Assembly (NCBI GenBank): GCA_963706595.1
Contig: OY970166.1
Location: forward strand, 3,744,001 to 3,808,000
Source: an uncultured cyanobacterium
GTDB lineage: Bacteria > Cyanobacteriota > Cyanobacteriia > Cyanobacteriales > Nostocaceae
Reading direction: 5' to 3'
Length of the DNA: 64,000 nucleotides
Below are positions 1 through 10,746 of this stretch, piece after piece. Both the position numbers and the translations under genes were made by a program. Every line of letters starts with the position of its first letter. Position 1 is the stretch's first letter. The notes beneath the pieces are model-generated. The model ran no database searches. It was not told where the DNA came from and saw only the letters and a program-made list of their open reading frames with translations.

Positions 1-117
1 CGATCTGCAATGGGGGTAATGACTTTGCACCTGTTGGGCTACGAGAATGCACAGGGTTTTCCGCCTAGCTTTGTAGCTTGGAGAACAGCAGGCGAGGCGA
101 TCGCCAAAAAGTCTTAG
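1..117 (+). CDS. 3' end of a probable rhodanese-like domain protein (partial at window edge)
   Basis: Frame 1 reads RSAMGVMTLHLLGYENAQGFPPSFVAWRTAGEAIAKKS*, resembling a rhodanese C-terminus. Confidence 0.6.
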   Translation, partial: RSAMGVMTLHLLGYENAQGFPPSFVAWRTAGEAIAKKS

Positions 118-728
118 GATGTTGGGAGTAGGCAGTACAGGCAAAGAAACTGCGAAATCCCAGTCACCTTACCCAGAGATATACTAGAAATAGAGTACAA
201 ACTGTTAGTGGGACTACAAAGCGGAGATGTTCCCAAAAAGTTAGTCTGTAACCTAACTCAGCAATTGCTTCTACAACTATGAGATTTGCAACTGCACCAA
301 ATAAAGTTAAATTACATTCTTTTCCCAGCCATTGCAAAACCCAATATCTGAATACAGGGCGCTGAAATCCTCCAATATTCAGCCATTACAACTAATATTT
401 GCATTTATGATATTTATACCTACTGCAAATATCTATATAATTTTGTTATATTAATTTGTGTAACGATTACATGGGAACCTGTCCAATGACAGATGACTTT
501 AGTAAAATTTAAAGTATGTGAAGTTATCGATAAGATTAGATTATTACACTACCAATACTGCGAAATTGCGATTAACTTGATGTAGTAATAAATTAGATTC
601 TGACATCAGCGGCTACGGTAACACCTATTGTAACTCAGTCAGGAAAGCATTTTTCCGGTAAAGGTAATTGCCACGTTGTATACATTCATCAGCAAGATGA
701 ATACCCTCATTAATACAGAGGCTTAATC

Positions 729-1106
729 ATGAAGGTATTTGACAATACCACGAAAAGGTTTTTTTTGGCAAGCTGGGTATCGATTAATCAAACAGAGACT
801 AGTCAAGCTCCTGTAACTCAGCTACACCATTCAGCTTCTCAGTCTCAGGGTGATTTTCTCCAACCCCTGCGGCGGAGGATAGAAAATATTCACATTAATA
901 ATCGTCAACTAGCTCACCGCTTGTGCAAACTGATTCCGGCTCAATGTCCCTTTGAGCGCGATGTCAAATTATTCGGCAGAACACTGTTTCACATTCCGCC
1001 TATGTGTAAACTCAATCCCTTGTTTGAAGAAGTGGTTGGTTTACGCTTCCGAGCGCTGTGCTACCTTGCAGACGAATGTGGTGAAGATATATCGCAGTAC
1101 TGCTAG
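729..1106 (+). CDS. Mo-dependent nitrogenase C-terminal domain-like protein (cyanobacterial Cys-rich family)
   Basis: CKLIPAQCPFERD...IPPMCKLNPLFEEVVGLRFRALCYLADECGED motif. Confidence 0.8.
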   Translation: MKVFDNTTKRFFLASWVSINQTETSQAPVTQLHHSASQSQGDFLQPLRRRIENIHINNRQLAHRLCKLIPAQCPFERDVKLFGRTLFHIPPMCKLNPLFEEVVGLRFRALCYLADECGEDISQYC

Positions 1107-1111
1107 ATAAA

Positions 1112-1185
1112 GAATCGATGAAGATGAATCGATGAAGAAGACGCGATGAATCGATGAAGAAGACGCGATGAATCGCGTCTCTACA
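1112..1185. repeat. REP-like palindrome (AGACGCGATGAATCGCGTCT) with stuttered tandem duplication
   Basis: 22-nt unit GATGAATCGATGAAGAAGACGC twice, ending in the palindrome followed by CTAC. Confidence 0.7.
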
Positions 1186-1191
1186 AGAGAG

Positions 1192-1225
1192 TTAGGAGTT
1201 GATAATTGACTCCTAATTTTTTTAT
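1192..1225. terminator. Hairpin between convergent genes
   Basis: TTAGGAGTT-gat-AATTGACTCCTAA imperfect stem followed by a T-run. Confidence 0.5.
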
Positions 1226-1232
1226 TTGTAAT

Positions 1233-2423
1233 TTAATTTGTAATTTTTCTGCCTTGCCATTTTTGGATGGCTTCTTGAGCGTCTTCGTAAACTGCTGTCA
1301 CCTCTGGGACTAAAGTAGCCGTTTCAATTGCTGCTGCAATATTGCCTTGGTCAGATCGACTCTTGGCCAGTTCCAAAATTTTTTCACTCCATTCATTAAT
1401 AGATTGTTGGGCGCGATCAAATCCTGGTTGACCTGGTGGTACTCTTCTAGCGACTTCAATGGCACGATTATATGTTGATGCTTGTCCAGGTCGGATTAAG
1501 GACTGTGCTGCATCTAAAACAGTTATATTACCGACATATTGTTGAGCTTCTAGCTGCCATTGGCTAATTGCTGCTTGTGCTTGAGGATAAAGGTCTAGTT
1601 CTGGGGAAATTAATTGCGCCGCAGCAATGGCATTTGTATATTCTTGTTGCTTGGCACGTCCCTCTGCTAAATCTAGAATCATGCGACTCCAAATTTGAAT
1701 ATTGTCCTGAGCTTGTTCGTAGAGTGGTTCCCCTGGTTGAATTTTACTAGCAGTGGCGATCGCTAAGTTGAGATCACTAGCTTGAGTTTCTCTCAGAGAC
1801 ATTTTCGCTAAATCTAAAACTGCTTGATTCCGCTTTTGAGATTCAGAATTAGCAGCAATTTGGGCGCTAGATTGGTTTTTCCCTGAAGGACTTATTGGTA
1901 TTCTCTCGGAGGCAGAGTTAGCATTTGGCTCAGGGATAAGAGTAGTGGGTGATGGGGGTGGTATTTCTTTAACTTGCAAAAATATCGCCTGATTGCGGAG
2001 AACAACTACAGTAATTAAAGCTACTACCAACATACTGCCTCCACCCCAAAATAAAAACTGCTTCCACAACGGGTTATCTGCCTTATTCTTAGTCCAACGA
2101 GAAACTTCAGGTTGAGGCATATTGGGGATGAATCTCCCCCCTGTGGCCGTTTGGGGATTTGGCGGGTTTTGTTGGTTGAGGTACTGCTCTTTAGCCGAGC
2201 TAGAGAGTTGTTGTTCTTCTAACTCACCAATAGCTGGAATAAAGTTTGACAAATTCAGCGCTGGGGATTTACCACCCAGGGTAGTTTCTATACCTTGGGC
2301 TTCTCCCCAGATACTCGTGTTTTGCTTCTTAGTTAAATTGTTGGGGATAATTGCACCAAAAGAAGGCGCTGTCAGTGCCACAGCAAAGGTATCGTCTGGA
2401 AAAATCAGTGAGCTCGTTTCCAC
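1233..2423 (-). CDS. C-terminal part (linker, TM helix, helical repeats) of a caspase-family protein; probably frameshifted from 2405-3199
   Basis: Overlaps upstream caspase-domain ORF by 19 nt; TM segment FLFWGGGSMLVVALITVVVL; repeated Q..I..W helical motifs. Confidence 0.65.
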   Translation of the reverse strand: METSSLIFPDDTFAVALTAPSFGAIIPNNLTKKQNTSIWGEAQGIETTLGGKSPALNLSNFIPAIGELEEQQLSSSAKEQYLNQQNPPNPQTATGGRFIPNMPQPEVSRWTKNKADNPLWKQFLFWGGGSMLVVALITVVVLRNQAIFLQVKEIPPPSPTTLIPEPNANSASERIPISPSGKNQSSAQIAANSESQKRNQAVLDLAKMSLRETQASDLNLAIATASKIQPGEPLYEQAQDNIQIWSRMILDLAEGRAKQQEYTNAIAAAQLISPELDLYPQAQAAISQWQLEAQQYVGNITVLDAAQSLIRPGQASTYNRAIEVARRVPPGQPGFDRAQQSINEWSEKILELAKSRSDQGNIAAAIETATLVPEVTAVYEDAQEAIQKWQGRKITN

Positions 2424-3199
2424 TGGGTTCGTATGGTGCTGGGAGCTACTTCGTTGTGGCTTTGCACCTCAAACTTCGGCAATATTGCTTGTGGGTGAGA
2501 TGGAGATATCGTCACAGGGTTTTGTGTAGGTCGCCAATAGTGTTGACATAATTCGGGGGTGAGAATGCTTAAATAGCTGTCTAGATCAGTTAAGTTACTG
2601 GCATTACCAGAACGCAAAGCCTCTAATAATGCGGCAGTGAAGAATCCGTGACCTAATTCACTACTTTCATGGGAGAATTGGTCTGATTGGCAAGAAAGAA
2701 TTGCTGCCATTTGTAGTTCTTTGGCAAGTTCTATGGTTTCTGGCCCCACGGGACTATCTGCTTGTGTGCCAAAAGCACGGTTGATATCAAGCAGTAGCAG
2801 TGTATTAATTCCCGCCAATTGTAGACTTTGCATGAGCGATCGCACTTCGATGCCAGTTTCTTCTACTAATTCCGGGTTTCCTTCCACCGGCATTAAATAA
2901 TCTTGGCCTTTGTAACTGACCCCATAACCGCTAAAGAATAACCACAGATGGTCTTGTGGTTGCCAACAAGCTGCTGTCAAATCCTCCAGCAACATGAGAA
3001 TATTTTGCTTAGTGGGATAGGTGGATCTATCCCCAATTGGTGGGGAAGCAGCTGTCATCAACAGACAGCGTTGCTGTGCCAAACCTCCTTCTTGAACCAA
3101 AAAATTATTTAGCACCTCGGCATCTGCTTGAGCGCAACGTAAAGGTTGAAATAGCTGATATTGATTGATGCCGATTGTTACCGCCCAGTAATTTGCCAT
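2405..3199 (-). CDS. Peptidase C14 (orthocaspase) domain, pseudo-enzyme type
   Basis: WAVTIGINQY start, FFSGYG and LLLDINR at the His/Cys dyad positions, HGFFTAALLEAL. Confidence 0.85.
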   Translation of the reverse strand: MANYWAVTIGINQYQLFQPLRCAQADAEVLNNFLVQEGGLAQQRCLLMTAASPPIGDRSTYPTKQNILMLLEDLTAACWQPQDHLWLFFSGYGVSYKGQDYLMPVEGNPELVEETGIEVRSLMQSLQLAGINTLLLLDINRAFGTQADSPVGPETIELAKELQMAAILSCQSDQFSHESSELGHGFFTAALLEALRSGNASNLTDLDSYLSILTPELCQHYWRPTQNPVTISPSHPQAILPKFEVQSHNEVAPSTIRTQWKRAH

Positions 3200-3398
3200 C
3201 CCGCTCTTTGTAGGTTGTTGTTTGATTGCCTAAAATTGCGGTTGGCTTTGCTGAAAAAACAAAGCTAACCTATGTCTTATACTCTTCGGGGAATATTATC
3301 GAGTTACTGAATTATAAGCAGTTTTTATTACAGTAAACTTAGATAATCATGCTTAGTAAAATTCCAATTACAAATCATCACTAAGGAGTTATCAGGTT

Positions 3399-3902
3399 AT
3401 GACCACTCGTATTACTCATCAACGATCATTGATCATTCCCTTTCCATTTATTGGCCAAATTGCCAAAAAGATCCGGAGATTTTCGTTAATTGTTTTACTT
3501 TTTTCGCCCATTTCTGTATGGATATTAACAGAAGCGATCGCACCCCAAATAGTTCGTGCTTATACCGCGAGAGTTGATTTGAAAATTGAGCGCATGGCAG
3601 ATGAAAGCTATGAAACCGTTCTCCGGAGAGCCGAAGCGGTTTCCAGGGCAGCCGCTCAACGTAGCTTTGACCAAGATATATTAGCGACAGATGTCTCAGT
3701 GATTGTCACGGTAGAAAGTTATGGAGCGATCGCACCAGTTTTGGCTTTAGAAGTTAGTCGCCAGCAATGGCGCACACGCCCTGATCCCAAACGTTGGGCA
3801 ACTTACTTCAAAACAGCGCGATCGCTCCTCTTGTTTGACACAAAACCAGCAATTCCCAATGCAAACCAACCAACCACTATGATTCCCCCAGCCGCCGAGT
3901 AA
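3399..3902 (+). CDS. Conserved cyanobacterial hypothetical protein with N-terminal hydrophobic segment
   Basis: 167-aa ORF with AAGGAG upstream of ATG. Confidence 0.7.
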   Translation: MTTRITHQRSLIIPFPFIGQIAKKIRRFSLIVLLFSPISVWILTEAIAPQIVRAYTARVDLKIERMADESYETVLRRAEAVSRAAAQRSFDQDILATDVSVIVTVESYGAIAPVLALEVSRQQWRTRPDPKRWATYFKTARSLLLFDTKPAIPNANQPTTMIPPAAE

Positions 3903-3906
3903 GGAA

Positions 3907-4062
3907 TGGGGAGTGGGAAGAAGCAGGGGAGCAGGGAGCAGGGAGCAGGGGGGAAGAAGCAGGGGAGCAGGGAGCAGGGAGCAGGGGGGAAGAAAATTAG
4001 TCAATCGTGGCGAATCCCCAAAGGCGATAAGGGGGAGCAGGGAGCAGGGAGTAGGGGGGAAG
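3907..4062. repeat. STRR-type heptamer tract (GGGAGCA and variants)
   Basis: Repeated GGGAGCAGGGAGCAGGGG blocks. Confidence 0.9.
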
Positions 4063-4162
4063 AAAATTCTCCATCTCAATCCCCAGTACCCAAGGACAAT
4101 CTATAAAGTTGAATTGATCGCTTAGAATAGGAAGGTTGTCAAGAATTGCGATATCCGCTACT

Positions 4163-4336
4163 ATGGCTGTTCCTAAGAAGAAAACATCAAAATCCAAACG
4201 AGATAAACGTCGAGCCACCTGGAGACATAAAGCTGTTGTTGAAGCTCAAAAGGCTCTTTCTCTGGGCAAGTCAATTTTGACTGGACGTTCTACCTTTGTC
4301 TATCCCACCACTGAAGAAGAGGAAACCGAATCATAA
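4163..4336 (+). CDS. rpmF: 50S ribosomal protein L32
   Basis: [23 protein letters not shown] at 4163. Confidence 0.97.
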   Translation: MAVPKKKTSKSKRDKRRATWRHKAVVEAQKALSLGKSILTGRSTFVYPTTEEEETES

Positions 4337-4576
4337 TTCCCTTGTTAGAAAAAGCCCCCTGCCAGATTTAGCAATACTGTATAAGCGCTTTTTTTTGGCT
4401 TTTCTCTGCGCGGAGCAAAGCGGAGCATGGGTACTCTTCCCCACCCTTTTAGGGCGCTTGAACTGGGGCAGAGTACAAGCTTCGTCTGGATGTTCTCCCT
4501 TGCTCCCGTTCGGCTACGCTCACGGCAAGCCTGCTCCCTGCTCCCCTGCTTCTTTTAACAGTAGTGGTTTTGGGCT

Positions 4577-5959
4577 TTAGCCGACAATTCGCTTCAAGGT
4601 TGATAACTTGTCTTTGTAGGGCGCATAACGCCAGTTTAAATCTAGCCAGAAGTAATTTTTTAACACACTTTTGTAATGGGAAAATGTGTCAAAACTAGAT
4701 TTACCATGATAGCTACCAATTCCACTATCACCGACACCACCAAAGGGTAAAGATGAGACACCAAATTGCATAACTGTGTCGTTGATGCAAACTCCACCCG
4801 ATGAGGTTGACTGTAAGACTTGTTTTTGCAGGTTTTTGTTTTGAGTAAATATGTATAAAGCTAAGGGTTTTGGTTTAGAGTTAATTAACGCGATCGCTTC
4901 TGTAATATCTGTATATTCAATTATCGGTAAAATAGGGCCAAAGATTTCCTCTTCCATGACGGAATCTGTTAAAGAAACATGGTCAAGTAAGGTAGGCGCA
5001 ATATAACGTTCTTCTGCGTTGGTTTCTCCGCCAATAACAATTTCCCCATCTTTGATGAAATTAGCTAACCTATCAAATTGTTTTTTACTAATAATCCTAG
5101 CATAATCTGGACTGGTTGCGGGATTATCTCCATAAAATTCCTTGAGGCATTTTTTCATCCCATCCAGCAAATCTTTTTTGATTTTTTGATCAACTAAAAG
5201 ATAATCAGGTGCAACACAAGTTTGTCCAGCATTAATAAATTTGCCCCAAACAATGCGTTTAACGGTGTATTCTAAATTAATTTCACTATCGATAATACAA
5301 GGGCTTTTGCCACCTAGTTCTAAAGTAACTGGTGTGAGGTGTTTAGCGGCTGCTTGCATGACAATTTTACCAATAGCTGTACCACCAGTAAAAAAGATAT
5401 GGTCAAATTTTTCTGCTAGGAGTTGTTGACTGGTTTCTACACCTCCTTCTACTACAGCAATATAATCTGGGTGAAAATGTTTACCAATTATTTGCGCTAC
5501 TAAACTGGAAGTATGGGGTGCAATTTCTGAAGGTTTGAGAATTGTACAATTTCCTGCGGCGATCGCACCGACTAAAGGTGAGATAATCAGTTGCAAGGGA
5601 TAATTCCAAGGACCAATAATTAAAACCACTCCTAGCGGTTCTGGATAAATTTTGGCTGAGTATTGAAAAAACGTCCAGGAGACTGCGGCTTTTTTCGGCT
5701 TTGTCCAATTCTTGAGATTTTTAATAGCGTCATCGATTTCATTAACTACACCAATTTCTGTAGCATAAGTCTCGAATTCCGGTTTATGTAAATCTGCTTG
5801 TAGGGCTGCAATGATTGCTTGTTTATTCTCAACTATTGCTTGTTTGAGAATTTTGAGTTGTTCCAGGCGAAATGTAATATCTTTTGTGTTTCCAGTCTGA
5901 AAAAATTCACGCTGCTTTTCAATAATTGCAGCCGCATCTAATATTTCATTAGTAATCAT
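4577..5959 (-). CDS. Aldehyde dehydrogenase (ALDH3-like)
   Basis: GPWNYP, FTGG, LELGGKSP, NAGQTCVAPDY, EEIFGP motifs. Confidence 0.95.
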   Translation of the reverse strand: MITNEILDAAAIIEKQREFFQTGNTKDITFRLEQLKILKQAIVENKQAIIAALQADLHKPEFETYATEIGVVNEIDDAIKNLKNWTKPKKAAVSWTFFQYSAKIYPEPLGVVLIIGPWNYPLQLIISPLVGAIAAGNCTILKPSEIAPHTSSLVAQIIGKHFHPDYIAVVEGGVETSQQLLAEKFDHIFFTGGTAIGKIVMQAAAKHLTPVTLELGGKSPCIIDSEINLEYTVKRIVWGKFINAGQTCVAPDYLLVDQKIKKDLLDGMKKCLKEFYGDNPATSPDYARIISKKQFDRLANFIKDGEIVIGGETNAEERYIAPTLLDHVSLTDSVMEEEIFGPILPIIEYTDITEAIALINSKPKPLALYIFTQNKNLQKQVLQSTSSGGVCINDTVMQFGVSSLPFGGVGDSGIGSYHGKSSFDTFSHYKSVLKNYFWLDLNWRYAPYKDKLSTLKRIVG

Positions 5960-6114
5960 ATTTTCTATTTTGTTATTTTTTATCCCTAGTATTACTATAA
6001 CAAAATATTTAAATGTTAATTTCGTAGTACCTAATAGATAAATAATTTCTATTGAAAATATGAATTACAAATTTCCTGAATTTTAAGTTTTATAAATCAT
6101 AATTTATCATTGGT

Positions 6115-7218
6115 TTATTCCTGTTTCATGGGTAAATCAATCTTGAAAACACTACCTTGACCTAATTCAGAATTTACTAGGATATTACCTTGATGTGCTT
6201 CCACAATGCGGCGAGAAAGGTACAATCCTAAGCCACTACCAGAACTGTTATGGCTTCCCTGACGAAATCTTTCAAATAACGTTTCTATTTCTTCAGGCGG
6301 AATCCCCATTCCTGTATCCGCTATTTTAATGTTAATCTTACTACTTATATTTTCTGTATTAAACCGGATATTCACTGACCCAGATTCAGTAAATTTGATG
6401 GCATTACCGATTAAATTTGTAAATAAACGATGCAGTTCTAAGCGATCGCCCATCATGATAGTTGTAGTTGAATCTTCAGACAAGTCCAGTTTGATAGCTA
6501 GAGCTTTTTCTTGTGCTAACGGTGTCAGTTCCCCAACGACATCTTTTAACAACTGCATTAAATCAACTTCTTGAAATACAAGGGTTTTGCGCCCTGCCTC
6601 AAAGCGGTAAACTTCTAATAAAGTATTCACCATAGATAGCAGGTTCAGATTACTGCGAGCCATAATGGTGATTACTTCTTCCATTTGTGGCGATAAGGTT
6701 CCCAAAGCACCTTCCCCAAACAGCGTTAACATTCGATCAGCTGCTATTAAAGGTGTGCGTAAATCGTGGGTTAGGCGAGAAACAAAATCTTGGCGCTGAC
6801 GGGCGATTTCATCACGTTCATCCATACTACGCTTCAACCGTAAGAGCGATCGCACCCTGGCGAGTAATTCATCTAATGTGACAGGTTTGCGGATAAAATC
6901 ATCAGCACCCAAGTCTAGCCCTTTAGCTACATTAGGCGCATCGTGGGCTGTAATCAGCAAGATGGGGATATATGGCTGAAACTTCGTATCTCCACGAATG
7001 CGTCTGGTGACTTCGTAACCATCCATTCCGGGCATCATTAAATCTAATAATACCAAGTCACAAGGTGATTTTTCCAGTTGTGCTAAGGCGCTCATACCAT
7101 TTTCTGCGGTGCTAATAATATAGCCTTCTCCCTCCAAAATCGTTTTGATCAAAAACACATTATCAGGGGAGTCATCGACAACCAGAATTTTGTCAAAGCG
7201 AGAAGATGGCGAAGTCAT
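6115..7218 (-). CDS. Hybrid response regulator / sensor histidine kinase
   Basis: Receiver (VVDD, DLMMP) + HisKA (THDLRTPL) + HATPase (NLIGNAIKFT, GSGLGL). Confidence 0.95.
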   Translation of the reverse strand: MTSPSSRFDKILVVDDSPDNVFLIKTILEGEGYIISTAENGMSALAQLEKSPCDLVLLDLMMPGMDGYEVTRRIRGDTKFQPYIPILLITAHDAPNVAKGLDLGADDFIRKPVTLDELLARVRSLLRLKRSMDERDEIARQRQDFVSRLTHDLRTPLIAADRMLTLFGEGALGTLSPQMEEVITIMARSNLNLLSMVNTLLEVYRFEAGRKTLVFQEVDLMQLLKDVVGELTPLAQEKALAIKLDLSEDSTTTIMMGDRLELHRLFTNLIGNAIKFTESGSVNIRFNTENISSKINIKIADTGMGIPPEEIETLFERFRQGSHNSSGSGLGLYLSRRIVEAHQGNILVNSELGQGSVFKIDLPMKQE

Positions 7219-7339
7219 GGGGTATTGAGGTTTAGGGAAATCAGCGATCTTGTGGCAATGATATTATGCTTTTGTATAAGTTCTATCGTCAAGATTTTGG
7301 TGAACTCACAAGTCAGCGCTGGTGCGATCGCTTTCAACG

Positions 7340-7467
7340 AAGTAGGTAGGCGGGAAAATTTCAAGGTATGTCATTGCGAAAGGAGGGTAGCGGAGTGAAG
7401 CAATCGCAAGGGTTTTGAGTATTTCACATTTTGTTACATAGTTAGGTTTATTTGTGTCTACCTACTT
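7340..7467. mobile_element. MITE-like element with 10-bp terminal inverted repeats
   Basis: AAGTAGGTAG (7340-7349) / CTACCTACTT (7458-7467); internal ATTGC...GCAAT hairpin. Confidence 0.6.
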
Positions 7468-7572
7468 ACACAAATTGGACTGATAAATATTGTCCTGATG
7501 TTAATGGTTTTGCTAAACGTCCACCCAATAGATATAAAACCACATTTGTATCTATCAAAAATATAGCTGGTG

Positions 7573-7788
7573 TCAATGCCACTCATCCCTGATTTGCTGT
7601 TGATACTCTAACGGGTCTTGATTCAGTTTAATGACACCAGTATATTGGTTTAAATTCAACTCTTCTTTTTGTAGTAGCTGATAAGCTGCCAATATTTTTT
7701 CTATTTGTTGCCAATCTTGATAGTCAATCAAAACTGCTACCGGATGCATGGCTTCATCGGTGACAATTTTTTTCTTAAAAGGTAACAT
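7573..7788 (-). CDS. Small hypothetical protein (possibly antitoxin-like)
   Basis: 71-aa ORF co-oriented downstream of the Rpn-like gene. Confidence 0.6.
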   Translation of the reverse strand: MLPFKKKIVTDEAMHPVAVLIDYQDWQQIEKILAAYQLLQKEELNLNQYTGVIKLNQDPLEYQQQIRDEWH

Positions 7789-7855
7789 GATTTTTCAATT
7801 CAGATACAATGTTTCACTTTTTGATATTAACTCTAAAACAAATGTGCATTTACAC

Positions 7856-8845
7856 TCATTCTCTAGGAGTCAAATCATCTAAAACTTGCTGAAATTCTGC
7901 TGTAGAAGGAATGGCGATCGCTCTTTTCAGCAGCATTTTCAGTACAGAGGCATCTTCTATGCCATTGACAACAGACAAAATAGAATCTGGTACTTGTCCA
8001 AAGCGCGTTTCGAGAATGTCAATTACATTATCTCGACCCATTTGGATAACTCCTTGTTCAATCCCTTGTTCAATTCCTTGTTCAATTCCTTCTTGTTTTG
8101 CTAATCGTTCAATACTTGTTACGTACCGCATTCTACTGGCCTCCTCGTAACTTCTCAATTCTGTTTGAAAACTCAGTGCTAATTCTTCTGGTAATAACAT
8201 CACCCAGTCAATAAAGCGAAATAATTCCAGAACCTCTTCCCGACTGTAACCCCGTTGAAATAGCTGTCTGACTAAGCTTAACTTCCACTGTAACCGACTT
8301 TCTGGGTTTCGTTGCGTCGCTTTAGTCTTGAGATGCGCCATTACTATTATCCCAAAAGGGTTGGTAGTTTGTTCTAAAACTTCCCACATTTGTTCATAGT
8401 CTAAAAGTTTGGCGATGGGAAACTCTAAACTTACCCGACATCCCCCTAATTGATAGCTGTAGCTGGAAGGTCGCCAATTTGACTGTTCATCGGCTAAAAT
8501 AGCCAAGCTAATCACTGGCTTTTTGTGACGGTCAAACAAGCGGTAATTATAGGTATACATCCGTTCAGGAAATTTGCTGTCATATTGACCTTGAACTTCT
8601 ACATGAACCAATACCCAAGCTTCTTGACCATCAAGTAACCAAACTTTGGCTACTTTATCAACCCAACGCCGACCAATTTCGGCATCAGGTTCTAGTTGTT
8701 GTAATTCTGTATCCAGAAATTCATAAGGGCGTGTCCAGTCGATAGCAGCATAAGCTAGGGGGAAAAAGAATTCTAGAAATCTGGGAAAGTAGAGTTCAAT
8801 TACTTCTTTCCAAGGACTATCGTAATCGGTATATTGTTCTGTCAT
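7856..8845 (-). CDS. Rpn/YhgA-like PD-(D/E)XK family protein
   Basis: DSPWKE, VDKVAKV, VHVEVQ, FPERMYTYNYRLFDR; C-terminal (EQGI)n repeats. Confidence 0.85.
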   Translation of the reverse strand: MTEQYTDYDSPWKEVIELYFPRFLEFFFPLAYAAIDWTRPYEFLDTELQQLEPDAEIGRRWVDKVAKVWLLDGQEAWVLVHVEVQGQYDSKFPERMYTYNYRLFDRHKKPVISLAILADEQSNWRPSSYSYQLGGCRVSLEFPIAKLLDYEQMWEVLEQTTNPFGIIVMAHLKTKATQRNPESRLQWKLSLVRQLFQRGYSREEVLELFRFIDWVMLLPEELALSFQTELRSYEEASRMRYVTSIERLAKQEGIEQGIEQGIEQGVIQMGRDNVIDILETRFGQVPDSILSVVNGIEDASVLKMLLKRAIAIPSTAEFQQVLDDLTPRE

Positions 8846-9030
8846 ATCATGTCAGTTTAATTAGTTACAATTACCACAATCATGTCACCCCACCCCCAAC
8901 CCCTCCTCCGAAGTTCACCCGGAGGGAAACCCTCCTTGTGACTTCTCTCCGCCGCGAGGTGGGGAGATAAAGCAAAAGTTTGGCAGGTTTTCGCGTTTCG
9001 TAAGTATTCAACCAGACTTGATATCATTAG

Positions 9031-10737
9031 CTAAAACAAAAAGTATCTTTGCGCCATTGGTAAAACGGTTGCGGGTTCACAAGTTAGCAATTCACCATCA
9101 GCCCTGACTTGATAGGTTTCTGCATCTACTTCTATATGTGGTAAAGCATCATTTAGCTTCATATCTCGTTTAGTTATTTGACGTGTCCCAGAAACGGCTA
9201 CAGCAGATTTTTTTAAACCTAACTGAGTGGGAATTTCTCTTTCTAAAGCTGCTTGGGAAACAAAGGTTAAAGATGTGGCGTGACGCGCCCCGGCAAAACT
9301 ACCAAACATGGGTCGGCTATGCACAGGTTGGGGTGTGGGAATACTAGCATTAGCATCCCCCATCTGTGACCAAGCAATCATTCCTCCTTTAATGACTATC
9401 TCTGGTTTGACACCAAAAAACGCTGGTCGCCACAAACATAAATCTGCAAGTTTTCCCGCTTCCACTGAACCGACATACTCAGCAATTCCATGAGTAATTG
9501 CTGGGTTTATTGTGTATTTCGCAACATATCTTTTGGCGCGATTATTATCTGCAAGTCCATCGCCGGGAAGGCTTCCGCGTTGCACCTTCATTTTGTGGGA
9601 TGTCTGCCAAGTGCGAATTATCACTTCCCCCACTCGCCCCATTGCTTGGGAATCGGAAGCTATCATACTAAATGCGCCTAAGTCGTGCAGAATGTCTTCC
9701 GCAGCGATGGTTTCCCGGCGAATGCGAGACTCAGCAAAAGCCACATCTTCGGGAATGCTGGAATCGAGGTGATGACAGACCATCAACATATCTAGATGTT
9801 CTTCTAGGGTGTTGACGGTGTAAGGGCGTGTGGGATTAGTGGAAGATGGTAAAACGTTGGCTTGTCCGCAAACTTTTATAATGTCTGGTGCGTGTCCGCC
9901 GCCTGCGCCTTCGGTGTGGTAAGTATGAATAGCCCGATGTTTGAAAGCTGCAATGGTATCTTCCACAAATCCGGCTTCATTCAGAGTATCGGTATGAATC
10001 GCTACTTGCACATCATACTCATCTGCAACACTGAGACAGGTATCAATGGTAGCAGGGGTAGTTCCCCAATCTTCATGTAGTTTTAACCCCATTGCACCGG
10101 CTAGCACTTGTTCGACAATTCCTTGGGGTTGACTGGCGTTACCTTTACCCATAAATCCTAAGTTAACGGGGAAAGCATCAGCCGCTTGTAACATCCGGTG
10201 TATATTCCAGGGACCAGGAGTGCAGGTTGTAGCATTTGTTCCTGTAGCGGGACCAGTACCACCGCCAATCATGGTAGTAATTCCAGAGGCGATCGCCACT
10301 TCAATTTGCTGGGGACAAATAAAATGAATATGGCTATCAATTCCGCCAGCAGTGAGAATCATTCCTTCCCCGGCTAAAGCTTCGGTTCCAGGTCCGATAA
10401 TAATATCTATATTGTCTTGAATATAGGGATTTCCGGCTTTCCCGATTTTGAAAATTTTGCCGTCTTTAATGCCAATATCGGCTTTGACAATACCCCACCA
10501 ATCGAGAATTAAGGCGTTTGTAATCACTAAATCTACTGCGCCATCGGCGTTAGAAATGGGGGATTGTCCCATTCCGTCTCTGATGACTTTACCGCCACCA
10601 AATTTCACTTCGTCGCCGTAGGTGGTGAAGTCTTTTTCTACTTCGATAAATAATTCTGTGTCTGCTAATCGGATGCGATCGCCTACTGTGGGACCGTAGG
10701 TTTCTGCGTAGGCGCGGCGAGAGATTTTGTAAGGCAT
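9031..10737 (-). CDS. ureC: Urease subunit alpha
   Basis: [41 protein letters not shown] at 10737. Confidence 0.99.
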   Translation of the reverse strand: MPYKISRRAYAETYGPTVGDRIRLADTELFIEVEKDFTTYGDEVKFGGGKVIRDGMGQSPISNADGAVDLVITNALILDWWGIVKADIGIKDGKIFKIGKAGNPYIQDNIDIIIGPGTEALAGEGMILTAGGIDSHIHFICPQQIEVAIASGITTMIGGGTGPATGTNATTCTPGPWNIHRMLQAADAFPVNLGFMGKGNASQPQGIVEQVLAGAMGLKLHEDWGTTPATIDTCLSVADEYDVQVAIHTDTLNEAGFVEDTIAAFKHRAIHTYHTEGAGGGHAPDIIKVCGQANVLPSSTNPTRPYTVNTLEEHLDMLMVCHHLDSSIPEDVAFAESRIRRETIAAEDILHDLGAFSMIASDSQAMGRVGEVIIRTWQTSHKMKVQRGSLPGDGLADNNRAKRYVAKYTINPAITHGIAEYVGSVEAGKLADLCLWRPAFFGVKPEIVIKGGMIAWSQMGDANASIPTPQPVHSRPMFGSFAGARHATSLTFVSQAALEREIPTQLGLKKSAVAVSGTRQITKRDMKLNDALPHIEVDAETYQVRADGELLTCEPATVLPMAQRYFLF

Positions 10738-10746
10738 AATAAGAAT

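Noticed and set aside
729..1106. Nitrogenase-related gene suggesting a nif cluster
   Set aside because: The domain name is nominal; no nif genes are present in the window.
3747..4218. Short ORFs reading GSREQGAG / PCSLLP
   Set aside because: Translations of STRR repeats; the same artefact explains ORFs at 18344-18673, 38377-38574 and 56997-57266.
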